Shown: piece after piece, positions 40,149 through 53,535 of the stretch
How positions within the stretch are numbered: the stretch's first letter is position 1
Layout of the letters: the number at the start of each line of letters is the position of its first letter
Source: Gnetum montanum
Taxonomy: Eukaryota > Plantae > Gnetophyta
Assembly (NCBI GenBank): GCA_015680685.1
Contig: MNCI01002112.1
Span: 589,281 to 653,280 of the forward strand
Direction of reading: 5' to 3'
DNA length: 64,000 nt
Translations under genes and position numbers: made by a program
The notes under the pieces: generated by a model
The model's input: the letters and a program-made list of their open reading frames with translations, nothing else
Database searches by the model: none
Told to the model about the DNA's origin: nothing

Positions 40149-43100
40149 CTACATGTAATAAGGCTTTATATAGGAATGACTAACTAGATTAGCCAACACA
40201 TTTACATCCATGTCAACTATTCTAAATGCTTTGTTGTCATAGGATTTGGTGACCAAGAAAGACCCTTTCCAGTTGGCTGATAATGTCTGTATGCTCATCG
40301 ATGATCCTAAGAACTAGGTCATCCTCCTTGATCATACACTTGGTCAAGTTATGATGGTGTTGTCTCTTCTACCTCTCTTGATATCACTTAATGTAAGGAA
40401 GCATCCATACCCATTACTCCTCCATCGAGTCTAGGTCAATGATACATAGCTCCTTACATTGTTTATCATTGATGAAGTCAGATATGACTACTCGAAGCAA
40501 TGATACTTTCAATTCAAGAGGTAAAATAGCTTCAGAATCATAAACCAAGCTATAATAGGTTACACCAGTTGCCATATGATTGGTTTTTCTATAGGCCCAA
40601 AGTGCATGGACAAGCTGCTCATGCCACTTACACTAGTTGTTATTCAACATCTTCTTGAAAAAGTTTATGAAGGCCTTATTACTTGCTTCTACCTGGTCCA
40701 TTAGCTTGAGGGTAAGATGGAGATGAGAATGAAAGCTTAATTCATAGGTCATGAAAAAAAATGTTTTGTTTCTTGGCTACTAAACTATGATGCATTTTCT
40801 ATGAAGCTTATCATGGGTATGCCAAAATAGGCTACTATGTTATCAAGTATAAATTTATAGACATGTTTAGATGTTGTTCTTCTTAGAGGAATAGCTTCAA
40901 CCAACTTTGTAAAGTATTTAGTCATAGTGATTATGAAACTATGCCTTGTATAAGACTTTGGTATTATAGGTCAAATAATATTCAATTACCATCATTGAAA
41001 TAGCCAAGTTATCTATGTAGTGTGTAACTCAATTGGTGGTACATGTATAAGGTTACTATGTCATTGGCATGTCTCACAAGTTTTAACCTTCTATAGGTAG
41101 TCACTTTCCATATAGGGCCAGTAATAGCCTAGCTATCTAATCTTAGTAGCCATAGCTCTAGGTCCTATATTTCCCCCACATACACCNGAGCCTAGCTATC
41201 TAATCTTAGTAGCCATAGCTCTAGGTCCTATATTTCCCCCACATACACCCTCGTGAACCTAGTCTGGGATTATTAAGCTTCAGTTTTACCCAAGCACACT
41301 AACAATATCCCATCATAGGACCATCAACATAACATGTTATTTCTTACTATGATATTTAGTTTTGATCATTTACAAATAGAATCCTTTTGAGTAGTATTCT
41401 ATCCTTGTGAAGGTTCACCATGCATAAGGTAAAACTTGATATCATCATACCACTGATCTGCAAGAGAAGTATGAACCACATCCAAAAAGGTATCCTCAAT
41501 GCTTTGACCAATTGGAACAACATAGTCCATATTTAATGTGGGAAACTTGCTAAAAACATTTGGTGTCACACTAAGGGCTAGCATTTTAGTTGTATCAGCT
41601 ATAGTGTTCTCATTTTAGGGTACATGTTGGATATCAATATCTATAAATTGTTGCAACAATTGCTATTCTAGGTCATAGTATGGTTGCAAATTTTTGGCTT
41701 TACAAGTGTAAACCTCGGTTACTTAGTTGAACACAAGTTGTGAATCACCTTTGATCATTAAGTGTTTGATTCCTAGGTCATAAGCTACCATCATTCCTCT
41801 AATCAAACACTCATACTCCACTACATTGTTGATACATGGAAATTCAAATCAATAGGTGAAGGATTGGATTTCACCAACTATGAATGTTATGATGGTAGTG
41901 GAACTTGCCCATGAGTAGTTGAAGCTTCATCAAAGTGCATGATTACCTCATAGCCCTTAGTTACTTAGCTAATGATGTTAACATGTTCATTGGGAAATTC
42001 AGGATCTCTCATTGAATGATCATCTATGGATGAAATAGTAAGTTGTACAACTTTAGCTTGACCTTTCATTGATGCTTGAGAAACCTAATGAAAGTCAAAC
42101 TCCATTGTTATTACTTTCCATTAGGCTATATGACTACTTTCATAAATGTTAATCATTATGGCTCTAAGCATGTTGTCTTTGCAAATGACATTGACCTAGC
42201 TTCTAAAGAGGTAGTGTCTTCACTTCTTCAAAGAGAAGACTAGTGCTAAATAATACTTCTCTACTTCAATGTATTAGGTCTCATGGGAAAGTAATGCATC
42301 GCTAAGGTAGTAAATTAGCATTTTTGGTTCATCATCTCATTTCAAACAAAATAGAGAGGCAATAGAAACGTCAAAGATAGCAAGGTGGACAGAAAATAGT
42401 TTATCCTCTTGTGGAGGATAGCCTATCAGTAGTTGTGCCAAATCTTGCTTAAGGTTTTCAAAGCCTTATTGGCATTGAGCCATTCATTCATAGTGAACTC
42501 CTTTCTTAAGAAAGTATTGCATGGGTTGTAAATTATTTGTAATCCTAGCAATAAACCTAAGTGTGAATTGTAATTTGTCATATAATCCTCAAAGCTCCTT
42601 AAGGTTAGTTGATGCTACCAAGTTTGATATGACCTTAACCTTATCAGGATTGACATATATTCCTAATTTAGACACTACAAAGCCCAACATCTTACCATTT
42701 TTAATGCTAAAGAAAACTTTTCAGATTAAGCCTAAGCTCATATTTGAGGCAATATTTAAGTACAAGGTCTAGGTTATGTTTATGGTCATTGCCCACTTTT
42801 AACTTAATGGCTATATCATCCACATGATCATTGAGCAAACCTAGCATGTAATCACTAGATATATAAGTCATGACTCTCTAGTAGGTTGCTCCCATGTTCT
42901 GAAGGCCAAAGGACATCATAGTATAAAAAAAGGTATCCCATGGGGTCATGAAGGTTGTACTAAGTTGATGCTTTGGATTAATCCTAATCTGGTTGTATCT
43001 TGAGAAACCATCCATAAAGGATAATAAGGCATGCCCAACTATAGTCATGATAAGTTAATTAATACTAGGCAAAGGAAAGTCATCGATGATGGTTATCTTA

Positions 43101-43699
43101 TTTAGGTCCTAGAAATCTATGCATATATAGATACTCCCTCTTTTCTTAGGGACTACCAATATATTAGATACCCATTTAGTGTAATCAATAGCTCTAATGA
43201 AACTAACTTGGTATCACTTTGTGATTTCATCATGAACTACTAGGGCCAAATAAGGTCTAATTTTGCACATCTTCTTTTTAACTTGTCTAATGCGAAGATC
43301 ATGTATGATGTTATGTTGTACTAAGTATGGGTCAAGACCTAGCATATCTTTATATGAACAGGCAAAGACCTTAATGTTATCTTGTAGGATCTTGGTGATG
43401 TCTTGATCCTGTTGAGGTTTGAATGAGTAAATTACCTTTAGGGTTTTCTCCTCACCAGTATGTTTCATGATAGGAACCTCAACAAGAGAGTCTTCAGCAA
43501 TGTTGTTAGCCTCTAGGTTGAGGGTTCTAACTATGTTTTTAGGCCATTCTAGAGATTTCTCTATCAATGCTATGTGGTCCACAAGACTCTCAAGCTCAAG
43601 ATCTAGGCAATCAAGGTCGATAAATCATTCAACATTACTATGAGGCCCGCTTAAGCTTAAGGGAAAACTAACCTACTCCTAAGTACTCGTACTTTAGTC
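40149..43699 (-). pseudogene. pol: Copy D RT-RNase H-aRH-integrase
   Basis: Collinear with 32517-36022. ORF fragments 43214-43582 and 41399-41584. RT motif reads HVDD. Confidence 0.95.
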
Positions 43700-44399
43700 C
43701 TACATGTCAACCATAAGTACATTAAGTGGAACCTAGGTAAAGATGAGTAAACAATGTCAAAATTCTATGAAATTTTCCAAATACATGCTACTTTAATGCC
43801 AAACAATGTGCAAACGAGGTTACACAAGGCTATAAGAGATAGGAATATATAAATAAAAATGATATGAAGGCTAGACAAAGGTTAAACAAAGCTCAAACAA
43901 GGTTCAAATAAGTTGAAGCATAATGAAAGTATGAAATATAAGGTAGAAAAAGGACAACTAAGGTTACAAGCTTGCCAATTTAAGGTCTTGGCAAGCCATG
44001 GTGCCAATTTTAGGCCTTAGTAAGCCATGGCTACATGGTATCAAATGATGATCAAAGAAGAACAAAGTCATCATTCAATACTAATCAAGGAATAAACAAA
44101 GCTCAATAGATGCTATAATAAAGAAAATAAGGTATAGATAATGAGATTGAAATTATGTATATGTTAAACAAGGTCAACAAGGTATAACAAGGTTAAAATG
44201 GATTAAAATACTTTGAAATAAGGCCAAATCAAGCAAAGTGGAGCACATATGATGAAACATTATTAAAAAAGATGAAAATAGGTTAAATATTTCTAGTTTT
44301 AGGCCTTAGCAGGCCATGGTTTAATGCTACAAGGATGATAGATACGTTTTGGCATCTATTTGGGCTATTTTAAGGATGTTTTTGAGAAAAAGGAGTGGT

Positions 44400-45192
44400 T
44401 TCTAAGGTACTCACATTGGATCTACGTTGGAACAATGTTGGCCAGTGTGGGGTGGGTGACCCCTAGCATGGATGGGATAGCCAGGTGATTTTCTAGGATT
44501 GTTTTGAGTAGTTTCAACTCTTAATAGCTTGCATGTCTGGAGAAATGGAATGGGGAAGGAAAGAGATCTATGTTTGTATCAATTTAAGCCCATGGAAGTG
44601 CCAGTTAAAAATTTAATTTGTCATTCATGTTGGAGGCATGTAGGTCAATGTGGCCCCAACATGAATACCAAGGAAAATGAGTTTTCTAAATCCAAAGAAT
44701 CAAAACTTGGGTTCTATGGCCTTCCCAAGGTAGTATAGGGATAGATATGTTAAGATTGGCTATTTTGAAGGTCAAAATTGATGAAAAATTATGTCTTGAG
44801 GTTATACCCCTCTTATCCATGTTGGGTAGAATGGCCCCATCATGGTTGGATGGGGGTTTTAGCATGGAAAATTCAAAAAGGATCAAAATAGGGTCAAGTT
44901 GTAGTTGAGGTTAGGGTGTAGTAGCTATAGGCTTCTTAGCCAAGATTTGAAACTGTTTGGAGCAGGTTTTGAGTATTAGATCACATTGAAAGATGTGCCC
45001 ACCCTAGGGTCATGCTAGCCAACATGGCTCCAACATGGCATAGGGTGGAGGCTCCTATGTTTTGGTTTTGGGATGGCTTCAGAGGTAGATCAACCACTTT
45101 TTCAAGCTCCTAAGGTTGTAGATAGTGATTTTTATGGATTTTTTACAAATTTGTCTAGGTTTGAAGAATATTTGAGGAAATGCATGGTTGTA

Positions 45193-45223
<31 letters not shown>

Positions 45224-47150
45224 CCTCCCCCGTNAGCATGGATGATGGGGCTTGGTGAATTTCAAGGTTAAAACAAGATTAGATAAGTGAAAAATTAAGG
45301 TTGTGGGGTCCTAGGCTTTACCAATGTAGGTTTTTGAATTTTATGGGTGTTGGTGTACTATCAAAAGTGGAAAAGTAGTTCATCAACACTAGAGCCAATT
45401 GCCCAGTGTTTCTTAGGCCTCATGTAGCATGGATACCTTGAAATATGAGTTTTTAACATGTTTTAGCAGCAAATCGATCATGCATGTAAACTCTTAGGGT
45501 TTCCAATGTCAAGGGCTAGGACTTAGGATTTGAATTTAGTAGTTTCTAAGATTCCTGGATGATTTTGGAAGTCATCTCCTTGGAGCCATGCTAGGGCCAT
45601 GCTTGCCAGCATGGATCCAGTGTCGGTGAGCAATGGGGGATAGCTTTTCATAATTTTTATTTGGTTTTGACCATGCATGTGAGTTCCCAAGGTTATCAGC
45701 ATTGATGGTTGAAGTCTAGGTTTGATATTTTTCATTTTTGAATTCTTTTAATATATTTTTGAAGTTAGCCCAATTTAGGAATGCTAGAGCAATATTGCCA
45801 AGTGTTTTCCTAGTGTGGGAAATTAAGGAGGAATAGCCTTTTACCTTTTTTGGTAGGTTTTGATTAGTCTTATGGCTTCCAATAGTGTTGGCAAGGTTCT
45901 AAGTTAGTGTAGGGTAATCTGGAGTCATTTTAAGGTATTTGTGAACCTGCCATGGATCACCTCCTTAGTACCCTCGCTGGACCCATGCTAGCTAGTGTGG
46001 ATAAAGGGGGTTCCTAGGATGGATATGGAAATGAACATGAGAAATGATATATCTTCTTAATTTTTTATCTACTAAAGACTCCAAGGGGGTTAGGAGGTTA
46101 ACATGTGTCAATTTTTAAGCTATATTTCAAAATTTTCAGTCATACCCCCTTCATCCATGTTGGGGAATGTTTTCCAATGTGGATAGGATATCCCCTAGTA
46201 TGGCTCCACTTGAATGCATGGTTTTAGCCACTTTTGGTAGATGAAATAGGGTTTTAGAGCTATTGGGGTTGCAAAGGTTGAGGTTCAAGATCTTGTGTCA
46301 AAATAGACTATTATGAGGGCTCCTTGGTATCTCATGCAGTCATCTCCATTGAGCCACATCGGGCTACATGGCCCCAACATGGATGGGAGGGGGATGATAA
46401 CTATTTACTATTTTTTATTGATATTGTAGAATCTGAAGATTTTGGAAGGCTTTGGTATGATTTAGATGTTGATAGGACAAGGTTCAAGGCTATTTTATGT
46501 TGTAAATTTTTTTTTAAGGAATACCCTAAAAGCTTCGATGCTTGACCCATGCTGGGAAATGTGGGTGGGATTTTGAAGGAGGGGGGTACACCAACATGGA
46601 TAAGGATTTAGATTTAAAAAACTAGGTTATTCTTGGCAAATCTGGATTACTAAAGGTTGACAAGGAGTGTGGGAGGTCAAAACTGCAATATGGTTTGTCA
46701 ATTTTGGTAGTTCAAAGTCACATCCCATCCATCCATGCTAGAGCCATGCTAGGTAGTGTGGATGTAACCTTACTTAGTGTGGATATACTAGTTCAAGGAA
46801 CTTTTGACTAGGTTTGGTAAGGTTTTGATGTTATTGAGGATTATTGAGGGGTTTGAGTTATGTGGGCCTACCGTAGCATCAAATCAGGGCTTGGTGAGTA
46901 CTAGAAGGTAGGAATGGATGTCATGCATGCTTGGGAAACATTGGGTCCATGCTAGCTAATGTGGCTCTAGAATTGTTACCTAAAGTGGCAATTCATTAAG
47001 GTTTTACCCCCTTTTGGGGTCTAGGATTTGGTCATGTTGTTGGCAGCTATCAAAATGGCAAGGGGGGTAATGATCTATGGTTATGCATTGAAGGAGGCTA
47101 GGACCCACACTGGATGCATGCTAACTAGCATGGATGTAAAGGGGGAAAGG
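44400..47150. repeat. Degenerate array of palindromic motif TCCACGCTGG...CCAGCGTGGA in copy D spacer
   Basis: Examples: about 46946 GTCCATGCTAGCTAATGTGG, about 45982 CCCATGCTAGCTAGTGTGGA, about 45597 CCATGCTTGCCAGCATGGA. Confidence 0.7.
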
Positions 47151-47606
47151 TTGCAAAGTGATTTTATGGGTTCCAAGATGTTAAAACCTTAGTGTGAAAG
47201 AGGTTTCTAAACTTAAAATACATTATACTAGCGAGGAGTTTGGTGGGGGCAATAGTAAGGAATTCAAAATTTTGAAACTTATTGCTAACTCCCATCATCC
47301 CCAACATTGACTAGACTTTCCCATATTTTCACTTATAGTACACCATGAGTTTTAGTACCTAGAATTGGCAACAGGGGAACGAAGGAGGCACCTAGGTTTA
47401 GATCTAGTTTTTATGTTCAATTCTACCAAAAATTAATCACAAAATGTGATTCTATCCTATATCACATTGGATATGAGATCTAGAAAAATTTTTCTTCAAG
47501 GCACTTCCCTTCCTTAGTGTGTTTACTTTAAATCTTCCTCCAAGGCAACGATGGAGCTTCAATTTATCAAATTTCCAAGCTTTCTTTTTCTCTCAGTGTT
47601 GAAACC

Positions 47607-50600
47607 ATGAAGAAGAGAGGCAGTAATAGCAAGAATCCAATCATTCAAGAGCTAGACATAGTAGCCCAATGAATCTCCCACCTACCTAGGCCTATTATGA
47701 TTCAAGATATTACAACTCTAAGGTAGGCCATTGCTAGCTATTTTTGTTGCTTTATGACCATTTTTTGGTGTTTCTTCTAGCTTGAAATTGGAGTGTTTTT
47801 CTAGATATAGAGTGTTTTCCTTAATAAAATTTAATTTTAACAAAATATCATCCCCTAATTTTGTGGTTTTTATGTTCTTATATGGTTATACAATCATTTA
47901 GGTTTCATTTCATATGGTTTCAAATTAGTTCATGTCAATTTTTATGTGTTTTTTTTTTTACCAATTTTGGCAAAAAAGTAGACATATTTGCAAATTTTTT
48001 GTTAAGAAAATGGTCATAAGTTGTTAAATTTTGATAATTTTTTATTTCTGGGATTATGTTTAAGGATTCCATTTGCTCTAGTTTTTCTTAATTCAGAGTT
48101 GTAATGAAAAAGGTATGAACGTTTTGGCTAGACACTATAGTTATGTTTTGTGCTATTTTCAGTTTTTCATAAAGGTTTATGAATTTTTTCTAAAGAAACA
48201 ACATGGGCTTTGTGTTTTGTATGATCATGGATATGTATATTTCAATTTAAGCTTTCAAATGGTGGTTGAATCACTCTATTTCAAGCTAAAATGATTTTTT
48301 GGCAAATTTTCTATGAAACTTGCATGAAAAGGGCTTTTTGTTGCCAACTATGTTCATGCCAGTTTGGTCATGTTTTCTATTACAAAGGCTATAAATTTTC
48401 AATTGTTCTTATAATGGTAATAAAGTTCATGATTTTAGGATTCCAAGATTCCAACAGTGGTGGAATAACTAAAATTGGAGTTAAGCTAAATTTTTACTAA
48501 AATTTTTTACAAAGGCTATGCAAATTAGGGCTTTGTTTTAGTTGTATCAATTTTACCCCTTGTAGATTGGAAGAGTTGGCATACTTAATGATTTTTCATT
48601 CTAACATCCCATACCCCGAAGGATTCCTAGGGATCTTAGCAACACTCTAAACTTGGTTTCATTGCTATAAAAATTCTTTTGCTATTTTTGGTAATGATTT
48701 TCCTATGACTATTTCTAGGTTTTAATGTATTATTGTGTAAGTGTTGCTATAAAATAAGCGATCATGTTTCCAATTTTTGTTGACAATGTAGACATTTTAA
48801 TATTTTGGCTATACGTCTTAAAGGTGTTAAAGGCTATGAAATGGTCGATTTTTGAATTTCTAAAAGAATTTTGACTAATACCCCTGAGTTTTTTATGAGG
48901 ACTAATTTTACCCCTAACTAGAGCACTTTTAGCAAAATTTTTCACAAAACTCTAAGTGTTATTTTATGTTAAACATTCTAACTATGGTTCTAATCAATGC
49001 ATACTATTTTCCAATGCAAGGCCCTTCTAAAACCCATCCTGATAGTGGTGGAGTTACTGGGCATTCTCTACTACATCAACACTCCCAAGGCTAACATCCC
49101 CCTACCTAATTTGGTTCTTGAGAAGGGCTCACTATGGTTCTAGCTGGGTGTAAGTGAATTCCTTGCCTACAACCTAAAAAATTTCAATGTGATGATGTGG
49201 TTAGACTTAGCTATTGATATAGCTAATGTCATAGTATAGACCCGAATGCCTTGGAAATCTAACCTGATTATCAAGTTTATAATTGATGATTTGGAAACCC
49301 ACGTAGTAGGAGAGGCATTGAATACTAGGAATACCATTAACACACATTACTTGTCTAAGATCTAGAGAATGCCAGTGTATTCTAAGAATAATGCTAAGAA
49401 TAGCCTAATTGTGACACATCACATCCACACATTGTTCCAGAACCCTCCTGATACAATGTATCATCTACCAAGGCAAGCATCATTGTTATAATTTATTCAT
49501 GTTTTTGGCTTACTTAGCTTTCTCTAACTTGTTAGTTTTTATGCACATCTTGCAAGTATAGGATTAATGACCAAAATTTAATTAGAAATGATCATACCTT
49601 GGTCATGGCTTAAACCATATTAAATGTATTTACTAAAGGCCCTAAAAGTAAGACTATTATAGATGATTAGCTAATAAGTGATTGTGATAAGAAAATTGAT
49701 GTCTTCAATCCTATCTTCAAGAAGTGTGTAGCCATTGAGATAGCACACAATTGGCTAGTGGGCTCCAAGCACATTAAGAAGAAGACCATTATTGCTAGGA
49801 CCTCCACAAAAGCCTCACTGAATAAGAAGAAGAAAGGTAAGAACAAGAATGATTTTTTATGTTATGTCTAATGTTGTTATGACAACTTAGGATTCTAGTT
49901 TTTATTATATCTTAGTCTTGCTAGATGTGCCTATGTTGATGCTAAGCATTTGTTGTAATCTTGTAGAACCTTCCATTTCTCTTGACACCACCTTATCCAT
50001 TTTAGGACACCTTGAGGATATCCTCATCCTAAACTTTGATGAGGTGGGATTGGCATAGAAGTGGTTGAGGGGATAGGTGCATAGAAACATCCAAGAAAAT
50101 ACTAAGCATGTGAGTTTGCTTGATTTTTTCATGGCACCTATCCCCTCCATCCCTACTATGAAAAATGTTGAACATCATTGACTCCTTTGATGCAAAAACT
50201 AGAAATTTCAACGCTATGATTCTAAAAGTGCTAGTCACCATATCTATTAGTGAGTCTACTATTTTAGCTTGTTTACTGTTCTTGCTGATGAGATGAAAGT
50301 TGCCACCAAACCAATGAAGGAGGCAAACCATTATGAAAAGGTTGAGGTGTGGTCAAGTGCTATCTATGGCCACTCTAGGCTTGCCCTAGATGATTTCATG
50401 AATGTTGAAGAAAGGGAATCTTATCCCTTATTCAAATCTCATGCCTTTCCTAAAACGTTGTTACAAAAGAAGGTGGTCAACATTAAATTGGGATGGACAT
50501 TTAATAAGGTCCTAACAGAGGTACCAAATTCAACTAGCCTACTTCTTTGGCTATAAGGCTTTAGGAGGATATCCTCAAACTCTATGAAGATACCTCTACA

Positions 50601-52735
50601 ATAATCCACATGCATTATGCATTTTTTTAGTTTATTTAAAGAAATTCACAGATTTCCTAGTGGTGAGGAGGAATGGGAATTTTATGGCCCAAGACCTTGA
50701 CCAACTCTCTAGTTCTTGGATAAAGCATATTAATCCTACCACATAGGCCTAGAATCCATGAGAGAGTGTGGGGAAATCACTATTTATGATTACTAAATGA
50801 GTTAGTTATAATCAGTGTGCTTCCCTTAATAGCATGGGGGAGGAGCCTCTCATAGTGCCAACTAACATCAGAGGGTCCAAGAGCTACACGTAAAGGCTAA
50901 CAGGGCAGAAAAATCCAAGGTTAAATGACTAATAGAAGAAGCAACACCAATAATAGAGTATCCCTCTTAGAAGAAGCTCAAATCAAAGCTTAATAGGTCA
51001 CATCAGGCAGTCATGAATATGTTTTAACTATGTTTTTCCTATTCTATGTTTTATGTCTTATGGATAAATTGTTGCTTTATGTGATAATATATTTTATGTA
51101 TAATGGTTGCAGATAAGCATCAAGACATGATAGCCCAAGATGCTGCTATAGAGAAAGAGTAAATGTATGCAGTTACTGCTGTGGATGAGGCACAAAGGTG
51201 TGCTACCATCATAATAGTGAAGGAACAAAGGTGTGTAGAGGAGGCACTCTTACAATAGCATGAGGCTGAAGGATTAGCCAACATTAATCTAGATGACCTA
51301 GACACCTTGCTTGGTGAGCCATTTTCAAGTGCATCCCCCATAGTCATTCTAGAGGAGGAAGAGTAGCTAGGTATGCACATGCCTTAATGATACTTGTTAT
51401 ATCCTATGGATTTTGCTTTAATTCTAACCATTCAATGATTTGTATGCTTTTTGTAGTTCTTGAGCCATAAGAAAAGGCCTCGACACCTAAGTTTCACATG
51501 AAACCATGGGTAGAGGTTTTGGACAAGATGGAGTTCATGCATGAAGTGTCCAAGAACATCATTGATCGGTTGTAGCAAGTTGCACCTAAGATCGGTAAGA
51601 ACTATGCTTTATTTATGTTAGTCATTTTTCTATGTTATAGAGGTATATTTGGTTATAGGTTGTATTTATGTTATGGCTATATTAGGTTGTGGATCATGCC
51701 TATGGTCATATTTATGATTATGCATTTTTACAATGTGATCAGTAGTGTGGAACCTATGTCATGACATGGACTTTGACTCCTTAAAAAAGCTTTCCTCTAA
51801 TGTTCAAAATGTACCCCTAAAGTTTTACAAAACTACTACTAATCTTACAATTTCATGTGCAAAAACTTCATGGGAGTTCCAAAGGTCCAACAAAATCCCT
51901 ATAGGAGCAAGTTGTGATCTTGAGAGAGGAGACCAAGTAGTAGGCCAAGATGATTAGGGATCTTTAGGATTATAAGGCCTTTTTAAAATCCCAAGTAACT
52001 AGATTAGAGAGCCTACAAAACCAAAGAGATCATGTGTTCTTGCTACTAAAACATCATCCATGAAAATGTGGCACTATCTAGGGAGTTGGCATAGCAGCAG
52101 ATGCAAATGGATCTCATCTCCTCAAAAGCCAAGGATTGGAAGGACTATTATGCCTAGGTCCTAGAATGGGACCAAACACAAAAGGATCATAAGAGAAAAT
52201 ACAAGGTTGATTGGGAGGCATACCTAAAGTGGCTTAAGCAAGAAGTGACTAAACAACACAAGAGAGATTTGTTCATCCAGGGGATTCAGGATAAGAGTGC
52301 TTATCAACACTTTGAAAGCACTCTTACAAAGGCCAAACCTCCTACTTATTAGGTTACCATGGCTATAGGTGAGACTTCTATGACTACAGTATCATAAGAC
52401 CCACTTGATTAGACTAGAGTTGAGCCCACAAACATCCTCATAGGTATTAATTTTGGGGATGTTGATTGGGACAACAAGAAGAAAGACCATATCTTCCATT
52501 AGTTGCAAATTGGTTTTCCACATCTGCTCCTAGAAATTATTAAGCCAAATTCCCCATAGGTTTAATATATATATTTATTTTTTGTTTTAATTTTTTCCTA
52601 GTTCTAGATTTATTGTTGATTAATAATTTGCTTTATGTTGTTATATTTTAGGTACTAGGAGACATCAATGGCCCTAGTGGTGAGGGTGAAGATGGCCCAT
52701 CACTTCCCTCTTCAAATGCCCCTAAGCATTCTCTA
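47607..52735 (+). pseudogene. Copy D antisense multi-exon gene
   Basis: First exon 47607-47722 (MKKRGSNSKNPIIQELD..., AG|GTAGG). Next exon from about 49020 (LKPILIVVELL...IIKFIIDDLET). Introns at about 49837-49966, 51020-51112, 51371-51457, 51595-51742 and 52560-52650. Confidence 0.78.
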
Positions 52736-53535
52736 GTTGTCCATTTTTAATTTTTCTTGTTGATGGCTACATGATGTTTAAATTTATTATTGATGTTGAT
52801 GGCTATTGTTAGCCAAGACCTTGTTATGGATGTTTCATAATTATTTTTTATTATTATTTGGACACTTTGCCACATAGTGTGGCCATAGCTATGTATGCTA
52901 TAAATATTTTAAATTTTAATTTATGGTTTTAGTTTTGGATATATTCTTCCAGTGTTATAGTTTTATCATGGCTTTACAATTTTAAGGTTTTAATGTTATA
53001 AACATTGTGAATGTTATAAGTGGCTATGTTGGCTATCTTAGCTATAATGTTAAAAATGGTTAGATGATATGGATGTAGTCTACAATAGGAATAAGGTAAA
53101 ACGATGCTTGCTAGTTTTAGGCCATGGTAGGCACAAGTCATTTAATAGGTTTGCTAGTTTAAGGCCATGGTAGGCACAAATCATTCAATAGGTTTGCTAG
53201 TTTAAGGTCACGGCAAGCCATGGGAATTACGAGTCTTAGGCCATGGTAGGTCCTATGTTAAAGGAAAATATTTATTTTTGTTTATTTTATGTTTCTAAAT
53301 TTTTATGGGTTTTTTGGTTTTAGAGTTTTTATGCACTTTTCATGTTTATATCATGATAAAGAAAAAGGAAAAAGAAAATACATTACTAGATAGAACACAA
53401 ATGAAAGATAAATTTCTAGGCTATATAAAACAAAAAAAATTACATAAAGGGAAAAACAAAATCTAGGCTAATAGGCTATAGGTACATATAATTACAAGGT
53501 CAAAAGGGCATAGGGTGGAAGGATTAGGAGCATAC

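Noticed and set aside
41126-41249. Perfect 61-bp tandem duplication in the copy D integrase
   Set aside because: The two copies are identical within an old element and flank an N (41187), so this is most likely an assembly overlap artefact.
45073-45258. ORF with a polyproline tract
   Set aside because: Produced by a poly-C run next to an N in a non-coding repeat array.
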